From the NCBI RefSeq assembly GCF_009914755.1, contig NC_060927.1: a DNA stretch of 64,000 nt; one strand, written 5' to 3'. Both the position numbers and the translations under genes were made by a program. Source of the DNA: the human T2T-CHM13v2.0 reference genome, Homo sapiens. The notes beneath the pieces were generated by a model. That model worked only from the letters and a program-made list of their open reading frames with translations. It did no database searches and was not told where the DNA came from. Below are positions 47,764-60,557 of this stretch, piece by piece. Each line of letters begins with the position of its first letter. Within the stretch, counting starts at the first letter, position 1.

Positions 47764-49029
47764 ACTATGAAAACATTTTAAAAGGTATGTTCTAGAATCA
47801 ATGAGATACATTAAGTTGCCTCATTTCTAACAGTTCTTTTTTTCCTTTTTGAGCACTTTCTGTAGCAGCTGTGCCTCCCACAAACAGGCCAGTGTGGGCC
47901 TGCATCCTGAAGACATAGCATTGGTTCAGGGAACAGCAGTGGCTCAGGCAGGCTCATGCTGTCAGCGGAAGCACCAGCACTGGCCGACAACACATCCCAC
48001 TGTCATTGCACCTTCACAGTGGGGATAAAGAGCTGTCTTGTTTGGGATACACAGAGCATCAAGAAGCAGGATCCCTCTTGTGCAGGATTAAGAAAAGGCA
48101 GTTTGTTCGTGAGGCCCCAACAGGCAATTGCACAGGCATCCAAGGGCTGAAAATAAAGTACAGTCAGGCTCATGGACAGGGCCTGTGAAGTCAGAACATG
48201 AGGTCTCTAACTCTTGGGCCATAAGACTTCTCCTATTTCTGCATCTTCTGATTCCTCTGCATAGTAAACACTCAATAGCTACTTGGATAACTTTGGCTGT
48301 GGCTCACTATAGTGGTAGCAGGGTCCCAACTCTATACGACACAGGGTCTAAGCACAGGGACTTGGTTTTGTAATTCACATTCTTGACAGAGAAACTGGCT
48401 CAGCCCAGCCCATGGATTTGCTTTCAGTCCCATCCCACCCCTCCTCAGATGTCCATCTTTAGTCAACTGTGACCAATCTCAGGCTAGCCCTTCAGTAGGA
48501 ACCATGAATGGGGTCGCTCTTTCCACCTCAAATGATGTGAGTAGAGAATTAACAACTGGCCCACCCAGGGCAGGAGCTTTTTAATTGTTATTAGAACTCC
48601 TGGAAGATGCTGCATGGGCCTGGCTCAATATTTTGTTAATTTGTGAATCTTAAGGAAAATTTCAACTTCCTCAGGAGCCTAACCATAGTAGCCAGGTTAT
48701 ATCTGGCTGTCCAGTCATGAAAAAAGAAAAGAAGATGAGACACGGGTTCAATTTTATCCCTAGTTTTAATATTGCCACTTTTTGTTTGCTAAAGTTCCAT
48801 GTAAACCTATCAAGCTTAGAGTGCATTCCCTATGAACCAAACAGGCATCTAAGGTACCTAATGACAACCTACTAAGCCTGTTAGAGCCTCTGTTTGGAAT
48901 TCTATGATCCCATAAGTGATAAATAGTGCAAAAGTAAGAATAGGATGGGTATAGGGGAAGGAAAGTTACTTCCATGGGTAGATGTGCATCAATGTGTGGA
49001 TGGAGAGATGTACTTTACAGAATATTTCT

Positions 49030-49383
<354 letters not shown>

Positions 49384-51116
49384 TAGGGTTTCTTTAAATC
49401 AGTATATTTTCAGAGTGAGTCATGTCACAAACAGAATGCAGCACTTATATTGCCTGAAGGCAGGTGTCCTCATAGGGTAAATAGGACACTAGTCTTACAG
49501 AAGAAAGTGACCTCTATCATAGACCAATGATGTGACTTTGGTTAGTTCCCTGGGTGAGTCCACACTTCAAACTCCCTCTCCATAAAATGTGGGGTGGATT
49601 GTGGCTTCTTGCCTAGTGGGCAGGCTCCCTGCTTACAAAGAATGCTGCTGCATTAGGAAACAAAAGTGCACACACTATTATCGACACTATGCAGATATGT
49701 CTTGGCTGACAGCCCTGCCCATTTTAGAATTTATTTAGGGTACCCAAGGCATTCTCTCCCCAAAGACTGTTTTGTATCGACAGTACATTTTGCTGCTGGC
49801 AGAGGCAGAAGAAACCAAGCAGGCTCTCTTTGGCCTAACAGACCTAACAGACTGCCACGTGTTTCCTGCAGATACTTGTGCTAAGAGAAGAACCAAATTC
49901 ATATTCAACTTTCAGGTCTTCACCAGCGGAGACAACTTGACCAGAAATCCAAAGATAGTCAACCAGAAATATGCCTCCAGCACCCATGGCCATAAGTTTC
50001 TGGGTTCATGGGGATCTGGGGCTCCCCTGTTCTGGGCAATTCCTCCTAGCTGGGCTACTGGAAACAAATTTCCTAAATACCCTTTGGCTGAGTTCTTGAA
50101 AGGATGCAAATAGCTGGTTTCACCACTAGCTATTTCCTCCTTCCTCCAATGGCAGTTAATTCTAGGGTCAAGCCCTTTCTGACTCTCTGAGATGTTTCTC
50201 TGAGGAGACAAAGAAGCCCAAGTTTAGAGTGTGCTGGGAGTGAAGGAGAACCTTCCTCATTCTCATTTATTCAACATCTCGTCTTGTACACAAAAGAGAT
50301 TTGAAAGCAGCTAGAGAAATATGGGCCAACAAAGAAGAATAAAAAGAAAATAGAAAATTAAAAAAAGAAGAAAAACAAAAGAGACTCAGAACAAAGAAAA
50401 ATGAGAGTAGGAAAAAATGTGAAGGCTGATGGGGAAATGCCAGCGCACAATGTGTTTTCCCTGATGACTCTGAAAACATTGCTTGTGTTCACGGGTGCTT
50501 GATGGCTTTTCTTTCATGAGGAGGACACAGATATGACCTTGCCCGGACCCTGGGAGGGTGGGGAGGCAGAGAGACTAGCTAAAGGCAGTTCTGTGTTGCA
50601 TCTGGGGTCAGTTCTCCCCTCTCTCCCACTTTCATGTCTCCTGACCACCCCTGTTCCTCCAGGAAGTAAGTGGACTGCTGCTCATCACCTGAAGGATGAT
50701 GTCAGAAAACCCCCCAGAGTACAGTCAGAGGGCTGGTCAGATTCAGAACCCCAGCATCCTATTTGGGGCCTGGTAAGGAGAAAAGCCAGGAGCTCTGTAC
50801 CAGCCAATCTGCTCCTAGTGTGTCCTTTTCTGACATGGCTGTGGCTGCTGGTGTCAAAGGGCTGGGGAAAGTGTGTAAGTGTGTAGGTGGCCCTTTCATG
50901 CAGCTTCCAAGTCCACCAGGGATGGACAGTGAAGGCCTAACTCTGTAAAGTATTCACTGCAGCTTTCTAGCTATGTGACTGCTATGGTTTGGATATTTGA
51001 CCTCTCCAAGCCTTATGTTGAAATTGGATCCCAAGTTTTGCAGGTGGAGCCTAATGGAAGATGTTTGGATCATGGGGGTAGATCCCTCAGGAAGGGCTTA
51101 AAACACCTGCAAGAGC

Positions 51117-51437
<321 letters not shown>

Positions 51438-51664
51438 TAAAAAGAGTCTGGCATGTCTCTCTCTCTTTTGCCTCATTTCTCACCATGTGATCACTGCACA
51501 CGCTGGCTCCTCTTTGCCCTTTGCCATAAGTAGAAGTAGCCTGAAGCCTTCCCCGGGAACAAATGCTGGAACCATGGAACCATGCTTCTTAGACAGCCTG
51601 CAGATCTGTGGGCCAAATGAACCTCTTTTTTTTTGATAAATACCCAGCCAGCCACAAGTATTCC

Positions 51665-51915
51665 TTTTTTCTTTTTTTTTTTTTTTTTTGACACAGGGTC
51701 TCATTCTGTCACTGCAGTCTCAACCTCCCAGGCTCAAGTGATCCTCCTGCCTCAGCCTCCCCACAAGCATGTGCCACCACGCCTGGCTGATTTTTTAAAT
51801 TTTTCTTTTGTAGAGACGTGGTCTTGCTATGTTGACCAGGCTGGTTTCAAACTCCTGGCCTCAAGTGATCCTCATGCCTTTGCCTCCAAAAGTGCTGGGA
51901 TTATAGGCGTGAGCA
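51665..51915 (-). mobile_element. AluJ, internally deleted
   Basis: Poly-T, 'gacacagggtctcattctgtcactgcagtctc...gggattataggcgtgagc'. Confidence 0.88.
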
Positions 51916-52254
51916 ATCAGGTATTCCTTTATGGCAACACAATGGACTAAGACAGTGACATGGAGCAAACTGGTCAGTCTTCTCAAAACTATTTTAGATG
52001 AAGCTAAAATGACCTGTCTGAGAAGGTAGATATCTTTAAGTCAAATAGTAATGCATACTAGGGCCTAGTTAACATGACCATAACTTATTTATAAGAATCT
52101 AGTGAGTTAGTTGAATCAACCTGAACACAGAAACTTTTGATTGATTGGTAAGTTAGCATCCCGGTACTGGAAGAAGAGATAGACTAAGAGATCTGCCAGA
52201 GAAGTAGAGTTGCATGATGCTTAATGGTTGGAGTGTGGCAGAGAGGGCTCTTTC

Positions 52255-52430
52255 ATTTATTTTGGGCAAGTTTCCAAACTTCCTTTAGTCTCAGTTTCCT
52301 CCTCTTGAAAATGAGAATAATCATAGTTAAATTCTTTACACATTTCGGGGGGATTCAATGGCTGGTATATGAAAGGTGTTTAGAATTCCGATTGTCATTG
52401 TAAGTGCTCAATGAACATAAGCTATTGCTA
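52255..52430 (+). mobile_element. MIR fragment
   Basis: 'gtctcagtttcctcctcttgaaaatgagaataat...gtaagtgctcaatgaac'. Confidence 0.75.
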
Positions 52431-53799
52431 CTACTTTAACAAACATTAATAAAAAGAGTAGCATCGACTTCCAGGAAATTACTAATTCTTCGTAGTGCAA
52501 CATTGTTAGGACAATGTTATTCCCCCCTTGCAATGAGAGAATGAATACTGTTCTCATGAGGAGAGCCATACATGGAAAGCCATGCTCTCAGAGACCTGGC
52601 AACAGTTTTTGTTGGAAACTTATCTAATAGTACTCGTATTTCACTTTTACTCATTAAGGAGACAGTTGTGGATGAGGAAAAGAGTAGCAAAGAAGAAAAC
52701 GTTTATCTGATGAGTTTTTTCCATGTCTTGGCCAACTCCCTCGCCATCTGCTCTTTATGTGGAATTGCTTTGTTTTCTTGGCGGTGATGGGATCCCAGGA
52801 AGGTTTCACACAACAGAGTATCAGCTGATATGGAGGTAATGGAGGATAAAGACTGAATATCCTTTTCTGAAGATGAATGCTATGTGCAAACATAGAAATT
52901 ACACCAATTCTGCAATAGAAACCAAATTAGAAAAAGCCTGGATAATCCTATATCCTAAAAGAATTGGGTAAAATTTTTGAAAATGCATTAAGAAATAGAT
53001 AAGGCTGACATAATTAGCATAATTTTTTCTATAAAATACTTAGTTTAAGAATGCTGAAGGGGAGTTATTCTGTAGAGTAGGTTAAACGGCTTCCCTTTAA
53101 TCTCATTTACACTATTATATTGCTCAGCAAACTATTTCTTTTATAAAGGTGTTTGCTAGATGCTGTGGGGGAATGTTGGACAGAAATGAACCATGGACCT
53201 GCCCTCAAAGTAAACTGCATCTTGGACTACTTTTAAATGTTATGAATAGGCTCAAATTTAATATGGCTTGGTTGCTCTCTTTTGAAAGATGATGGGAAAA
53301 TAGAGTTCTTTCTCTAAGAGTAAACCCAGGTTGATTTGGGCTTGCACAAATCAATAGAGGAAGGAAAATAAACAGACTTTGTGTGCTTGTGTGCAAGTTT
53401 GTGTCTGTATGTGAGTGTGTGAGAGTGTGTGCTGTGAAAGTGTGTGTGGTTCACTATTACACTTAGGGCCTGCCACACTACCACACAGTAGGCCCTTAGC
53501 GGACATGTGATGAATGACTGAATGTTGAACAGGGGCAGGAATTTCTCTGTCCCCAGGAGCAAACCAAAGAACATATGCTCTTCCCTGTGAGGTGTTTCCT
53601 ATGATAGAGAATCTATAAAGAACTGGGTAGATGGGGTGGATTTAGGGGGCAGCTGAGGTCACTAGTGGTTCAGAAACAAAGGATTTAGGGAGAATCCTGC
53701 ACTCAAGGCTGAGGCGAGAAGGAGGAAGGTTTTGGAGTCCAACTGCCTTGACTTGGAATTGTGGCTCTTTCATTTAGCAGCTGGGTGATCTAGTTACCT

Positions 53800-54214
53800 T
53801 TTGTGTTGTGTGCTACATCCCCTTGGTCCCTGGCAGCCTCCGATTTCAGCTGCTGCTATGAAGGGCAGTTCTGTGCAAGCTCAAGTTCATCTTCCACTGA
53901 CAGCTTCCCACTCCAAGGTTTAGTCTTTCTGCTCCAGGCAACTAGAACAACAACCCACAGGTACCCCAGAAGTGCACAAATGCTCTTACCTATGACATTC
54001 AGATGATGCATCTGGGGAGCCTCTTAGCGGGTCTTGATAGAATTTGACCCCCATGTAGCTGTGGCCTCAGTAACACAATCTGATACTGGGTTTTCCCCTT
54101 TCCCTCTCTCCCTCACCAAGTTTTATCATTTCTGCTTCCCGGAACCACCTATCTGAATTATCTGCACTGAAGGCCTTATTTCAGGCTGTTTTTAGGGAAA
54201 CCCAAGTGAAGACA
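53800..54214 (+). mobile_element. LTR16-like ERVL LTR relic
   Basis: 3' end 'ccttatttcaggctgtttttagggaaacccaagtgaagaca'. Confidence 0.5.
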
Positions 54215-54618
54215 GCCTCATAAAACTGAGTGGTATACATCACGCGAAAGCAAAGCCCTCTGCAAACTCATCATTCTGAAAAGTGGATTAGTGACATGTG
54301 GCCTTCCTAGAAGAGGTCATTCTGGGTGCTCCTCTTTCCTAGGCAAGGGTCTTCAATGGGCAAATCTCACAATCCCCTTTGCTTGGGCAGAAGTGTAGGG
54401 CTAAGAGTCAGCTGAGTGAGACAGAAGTGGCCACCACTTGTTTGTGAGTTGACCCAATTGCCCATAAGAAAGGAGTTCATGCTCCCAAATATTTTATAAG
54501 GGGCTCTTCTTCCTAGGTAGCTGGAAACCTGGAGTTGTGCGGAGCAAAGTTGAGAAGGAGAAATGCCGGTAGGGGCCACCTGGCAAAGTCTTAAGTTCCA
54601 CAAGGTCAAAACTAAGCA

Positions 54619-55061
54619 TGTATCTCTCCACTTGCAAAAGTTTTCTACCACTTGAGTCCAGTGAGACAAACACTCACAAATCAGACAAAACAACTTTATT
54701 ACTCACAGATTGACAGCAAAGTTAAACAAAGCCCAGGATTCATAGCATGTTGGTCCTCCAAGGCTCAGGAAAGCTGCCCAGGGAAGAGGGCGTCTTGTCT
54801 GTTCATGCCCCAGACGCAGGGCAGCTGAGGAACCCTGAAACCACCCCATTCTGGATTTTATATCTGGGCACAGCTGGGCTCATTAAGAAGAAGTGTTGCA
54901 GTGTTTTACCCCTCTCTGGGAGAAATAAGGTCACAATCTGGATTGTTCTAACACTTTCTCCCCATCTCAGGATGTTGTACTCTGCAGTTATTCTGAGAAC
55001 TACAAACAGGAGACAGGAGGCCAAGTTGGCCAAGGTCATCTGGGACCTGTCCTCCTGTATC
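54619..55061 (-). mobile_element. ERVL LTR (LTR47-like)
   Basis: Minus strand 'ggaggacaggtcccagatgaccttggcc...tgtagttctcagaataactgcagagtacaacatcctgagat' and AATAAA. Confidence 0.55.
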
Positions 55062-55109
55062 ACCAAGTCCAGAGCCAAAGTCAGGAAAGGACAGCCATAT
55101 CTATTCTCA

Positions 55110-55830
55110 TTCAAAATCTGAAGCTGTCCTAGGCCCTTCCTGTCCTCACCTTCCACATCATTCAGTCAGTCATTGAGGTGCATCATTTCCACTTCCTAAA
55201 GACTGCTGGAATCCATCCACTTCTCTCCCTCTTCACTGTCACTTATAACATTGCAACAGCTTCCTGTCTGTCTTCTCAATGCATGGTTCCCACATAATAC
55301 AGTCCTCGTGCACAGGAGCATGATTTATCTTAAAAAAAACCCATTCCCCTGCTGAGGCTCTTCCATGATTCTCCAATTGCTCAATTGTGACCTGCATGAG
55401 CAGGCCCTGCCCTTGGACTAGCTGCTCTCCACCCTCTTTCCCAGAGCTCCAATAGCAGTTTATTCTATTTATTTTATTTTTTCAGTTCGTTGTGTACTCC
55501 AAGCTTCTTCTCACCACTGGGAGCTTTAGCACATGCTGTCCCCTCTCCTGGGAGGCCCTCTTTATCCTGACCCCATAGAACCTGGCCAACATCAGGTCTC
55601 ATTGAAAGTTAATTTCCTCAGGGGTATTAAGTTCCCTGTTACACACTTTCATAGCACCTTGTGCTTTGCCTTTAAAATATTTGCCACTATTTATTTTTAA
55701 TTACTTGGTTGTGCAATTATTTGTTGTCTGTCTCATTAGACTGTGAGCAATGTGGACAGAGTTCATATCTTTCTCATTGATTAATGTATATACAACATGT
55801 AAAATATTTCCTGGAATATGGTATCCAATT
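55110..55830 (+). mobile_element. L2 fragment
   Basis: 'ggaatccatccacttctctcc...gcacatgctgtcccctctcctgg...cattagactgtgagc'. Confidence 0.7.
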
Positions 55831-55864
55831 CTGAGGAAGAGAGAGAGGGAATGATGGAAAGAAA

Positions 55865-56080
55865 GAGAGCACCCATTAATTGGGCACTGAAAATGTGCCA
55901 GGCTTAAGTATTACATAGTCATTAATCTGAAATATACAATATATAAGGTAGGCACTATTGTCTCTTCTTAGATGTGAAGAAGCAGGCCTGGAGACATTAA
56001 GTAGCTTGCCAGTCACAGTGTTAGTTATTGGCAGATCTGGGACACAGACTAACTTCCATCTGATTCAAGGCCTCTCCACT
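55865..56080 (-). mobile_element. MIR
   Basis: 'atgtgccaggc...aggtaggcactattg...agatgtgaagaagcaggcc...attaagtagcttgcc'. Confidence 0.65.
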
Positions 56081-56834
56081 GAGCTATGTTTTTAGGTGCA
56101 CAGGATTCGCTTGGCCATGTCCTTGTTAAAGGCAAGCAGGACTTTACAACAGGCCTTCCCAATGGAGGAACTGCAAATTTTAGAAATAGTTTTGGTCTAG
56201 GCAGCATGGGCTCACTAGTTGGGCTGGTCTTGGGCCTCCAGGGGTCGGGGCTGGAGTGCTTCTGTAGGCTCAGCTGGGAGAGCTGGCAAAGACAGAGCTG
56301 AGGAAACAAGGACCTTCCAGAATGCCAGCAGCTGGGATATAGAAGACACCCTAGGCAGTGCTTGCCTTTAAAGAATTTGTCATTCTATTGGGGAGAGAGG
56401 CTTAATAAGCCCCATTCAAGACACTAACAACATGAAAGAGGATTGAGTTCAAGTACAATTGTTGGGAGTTACAAATATGCTTCAGTGTTTAGCCAGTATG
56501 GCCTGGACGTTAGTTTTAGAATTGAGTTCTTCATTTTCCATTCATGGTAAGGCATGACTGAAACTGGGTTTTATTTGTGTGGGTTGGATAGGGATGAGGG
56601 ATAGCATTTCAGGTGGGAAGTACAACATGCATAGACATGGAGGTGAGACAGAGGATATGGGAGGGGAACAAGACTTGCGTAGGATGTCGCAGAAGAGGTA
56701 TGTTTAGCCCAAACCAGGTTATTCTGCCTTCATTGAGCTAAGAGTTTCAGAAACAGAAACCAGTATCCCATTCTAGTTAAGCTTCATAATAATTTTAAAA
56801 AAAGGTTTCTGCACTCACATTACAAAAAGAGCTT

Positions 56835-57040
56835 CTGAATGCTTACTGTATTCAAGGCCTGGGCACAAAGTACTCTATGCCTTATCTTATTTGATTCCCA
56901 CCACAAATCTGAACTTTAGGAACTTATACCATTCCCATTTGTCAGATGGAGGTGCAAAGGGAAGTTTTATAATGCCACTCAGATTAACTCACTGGTAAGT
57001 CATGGCATCAGCAGTCAAACCAAGCAGCCTGACTCTCAAG
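56835..57040 (-). mobile_element. MIR
   Basis: 'ctgaatgcttactgtattcaaggc...cccatttgtcagatggagg'. Confidence 0.6.
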
Positions 57041-57712
57041 AGACACCTGTGCCTTCTTTTCTGTGCTCTGTGCTGACAACCTTCAATGGGTGGGCTATGG
57101 GCATAGAGTAGAGATGCCTGGTAGTTGCACATCTTTGGCAGACACATTAGCTAATTTGTACCTTGGAAATAGAGAATTTAGGGAATATTATCCTTATTTT
57201 GAAGGTAGGAAAATTAAACTTGAGGGGCCATTATTATCTAAGTATTAATAATGACAACAATAATAGTGACTCTCCAGTGAGTGGCTAACACACCCTGCCA
57301 AGCATGCTGGCCTGGCCAGGAGGACTCCATTGGATAGTGAGTGCAACAGCCAAGGTCACACAGATACTCATCTAAGAGAAAAATTTGATCAGGACTCCAG
57401 GGGACTCTCCAGAGGCAGAAGATGTGGGCAGAGAGAACTAGCAGCCTGCTGTTTTAATTCCCAGAGGCAACCTGGTAGGACAGGTGGGAGTAAACTAGCA
57501 GAGGCTGATTGACCATATTGATGACACAAATTGCAATGCATACAGGGGCTAGCATCTTCCTAATGGTCCTCATTTGTCAGGTGGTAATTCTCATACCTAG
57601 CTTGGGTTGTTTGTCTTCTGTGGAATCAGTGCAAACCGGGGAATCACCACCAGCACACTGAGCTGCTATAGTCATTGTTTGCATCGTTCTTCTTGTTTGG
57701 GGAACTTCTACA

Positions 57713-58130
57713 CAAGTGTTTCCTCAAATTTTTGGCCTTAGCAAGGCAGGACCTTGTCTCTACAAAAAATAAAAAATTAGCCAGGTGTGGTAGTGTGCAC
57801 CTGTATTCCCAGCTACTTGGGAGGCTGAGGCGGGAAGATCGCCTGAGCCCAGGAGGTTGAAAAAAAAATTATTTTGGGCCTTAGGACCTTGTTATACTCT
57901 TATAAGTTATTGAAGATCCCAAAAAGAGCTTGTTTATATGGGCTATATCTATTGATACTTTACTACATTAGAAATTAACAGCAATATATTAAAAATATTA
58001 TGTATTAATTCACTTTAACAATAATCAACCCATTAGATGTTAACGTAAGTAATATATTTGCATCATAAATGACTGTATTTTCCCAAACGAAAAGCTTTAC
58101 TAAGAAGATTCGCCATTTCACATTTATGAA
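57713..58130 (+). mobile_element. Charlie1-like DNA transposon fragment containing a doubly truncated Alu piece (57742-57860)
   Basis: 'ctcaaatttttggcct...tactcttataagttattgaagatcccaaaaagagcttgtttatatgggctatatctattgata'. Confidence 0.65.
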
Positions 58131-58864
58131 CTAATGTTGGTTCTGGGATGCAGAGCTTGGCATCACAGGTCATGATTTTGCAGGAATTCTACTGAAAGTA
58201 TTTCAACCTCTTTGTCCAGTATTTAGATAACATTTAGATACATTTTTTATGGATTTCTTTGGATGCTTAATGCCAGCACCAATGCTTTCAATTAATTGTC
58301 AACTCTGCATTTCCTGCAGGCTAACAGATTTACCTTCCAAAATGTGCTTTGGCCCATTGTAATTAATAATGTGACTTCCTGAAATAGGAGAGAGCTCTGG
58401 AGCAGGGAAAATGTGCATTGTGCCCCCTGAGTGCTGTGGATGGCTGCCAGAGCCAAGCCTGGGCTGCAGCATCGCATCAGGCAATAAGTCAGGGTGCTTG
58501 AGACTTGTGAGAGCAAACAGGGATGGAGAAAGGGATAAAATTCACTAATAGGGAGTTATTTATATGTTTCAGAAAGCCAATGAACATATCAAATAACAAA
58601 ATAATGTTTGTTATGGTCTTTGGAGTGTGCTTTGAGGAAGCCTCTTCTGAAAATGATTCTGTTAGCCTGTTGTCCCTAAGCCACCCTGCCACCATGAGCC
58701 CAGGAAATTAGTCATCCATTAGCGGAGGTCTATGTCACAAAGCTGTTCTTCATAGACTTCTCTGACCTGCTGGCCTTTGTCCTGTGTTTCTTGCCTTCCC
58801 CTACTGTGTTCCTGAGCATACAAATATTTTCTCACTCATCGTTTATTATTAAATCTTATTATTT

Positions 58865-59595
58865 CTATTTTTCATTGTGATGAAATACATGTCATATAAA
58901 ATTTATCACCTTAATTTTTAAGTATACAGCTCAGTAGTGCTAAGTACATTTACATTGTTTTGCAACCAATCTTCAGAAGTTTTTCACCCTGCAAAACTGA
59001 AACTCTATATCCACTCATCAATAGCTTTCCATTCCTTTCCCTCCCCCAGCCTCTGGCAACCACCCTGCTACTTTCTGTCTTTATGAGTTTGACTATTCTA
59101 GGTACCAAATTTAAGTGGACTTATACAGTATTTGTCTTTTTGTGAATGGCTTATTTCACTTAGCATAACGTTCACATATAAGGTTCATTTATATTATAGC
59201 ACATGTCAAAATCTGATTCCTTTTTAGGGTTGAATAATACTTTTTATATAGATACAGATACACACACACCACATTTTGTTTATCTATTTACATGTCAATG
59301 GACACTTGGGTTGCTTCCACCTTTTGGCTATTATAAATAATGTTACTAGGAATATGGATATACAAATATCTCTTAGGGACCCCACTTTCAATTCTTTTGG
59401 GTGTATACCCAGAAGTGGAACTGCTGGATCATATAGTAATTATATTTTTTATTTTTTTGAGGAAACATCATGCCGTTTTCCACAGCAGCTGTACCATTTT
59501 ACATCCTCGACAACAGTACATAAGGTTTCCAGTTTCCCTACATCCTAACTATCACTTGTTATATTCTGTTTTCTGGTAGTGGCCATCCTAATGGG
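58865..59595 (-). mobile_element. L1MB 3' end
   Basis: 'aaaatttatcacc...agtatacagctcagtagtgctaagtacatt...ccagcctctggcaaccacc...ggacacttgggttgcttccacc'. Confidence 0.85.
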
Positions 59596-60128
59596 TTCTC
59601 ATATTTGTACTCTCCACAACAGCATATGATGCATTACCTGGCCTATGGGATGGCCACAATAAGTGGCTTTTAAATGGAGTGCTCTTTAGTTTCAATAACA
59701 TATTGAAACTACTCTCCTACAGGTCACCCTGCTCACCCTCAACAAAGCCATCTTTGACAGTGCACAGTGGTGATCTACATAAGGGTTGAGAAACTGTTGT
59801 ACCTGAAGACAGTGCTTCCCAACACATCCTGTCCACACATGGGGAACACTCAACATTCTACAGATGTCAATTTTTCCTAAAAGAATCTTTAAAATTATGT
59901 TGGAGTTATCTGATACCACAATATAAAATTTATCTAAAAAATAATGCTGTGGGAACAGACACACAATTCCTGGAAAGAAAGAGGAGTTGGGCACAGGAAG
60001 ACTATTTCTAAGCAATTGAAACCTGTTAAAATGGTATACAGCTGCCTTTACTGGAAGCCAGAGGGGCACTGCTGACCTGGTATGATGCAGATGGTTTTGT
60101 TCAGTACCCCTTCCTTGCTGTGGCCTGA

Positions 60129-60550
<422 letters not shown>

Positions 60551-60557
60551 TTTTCTC

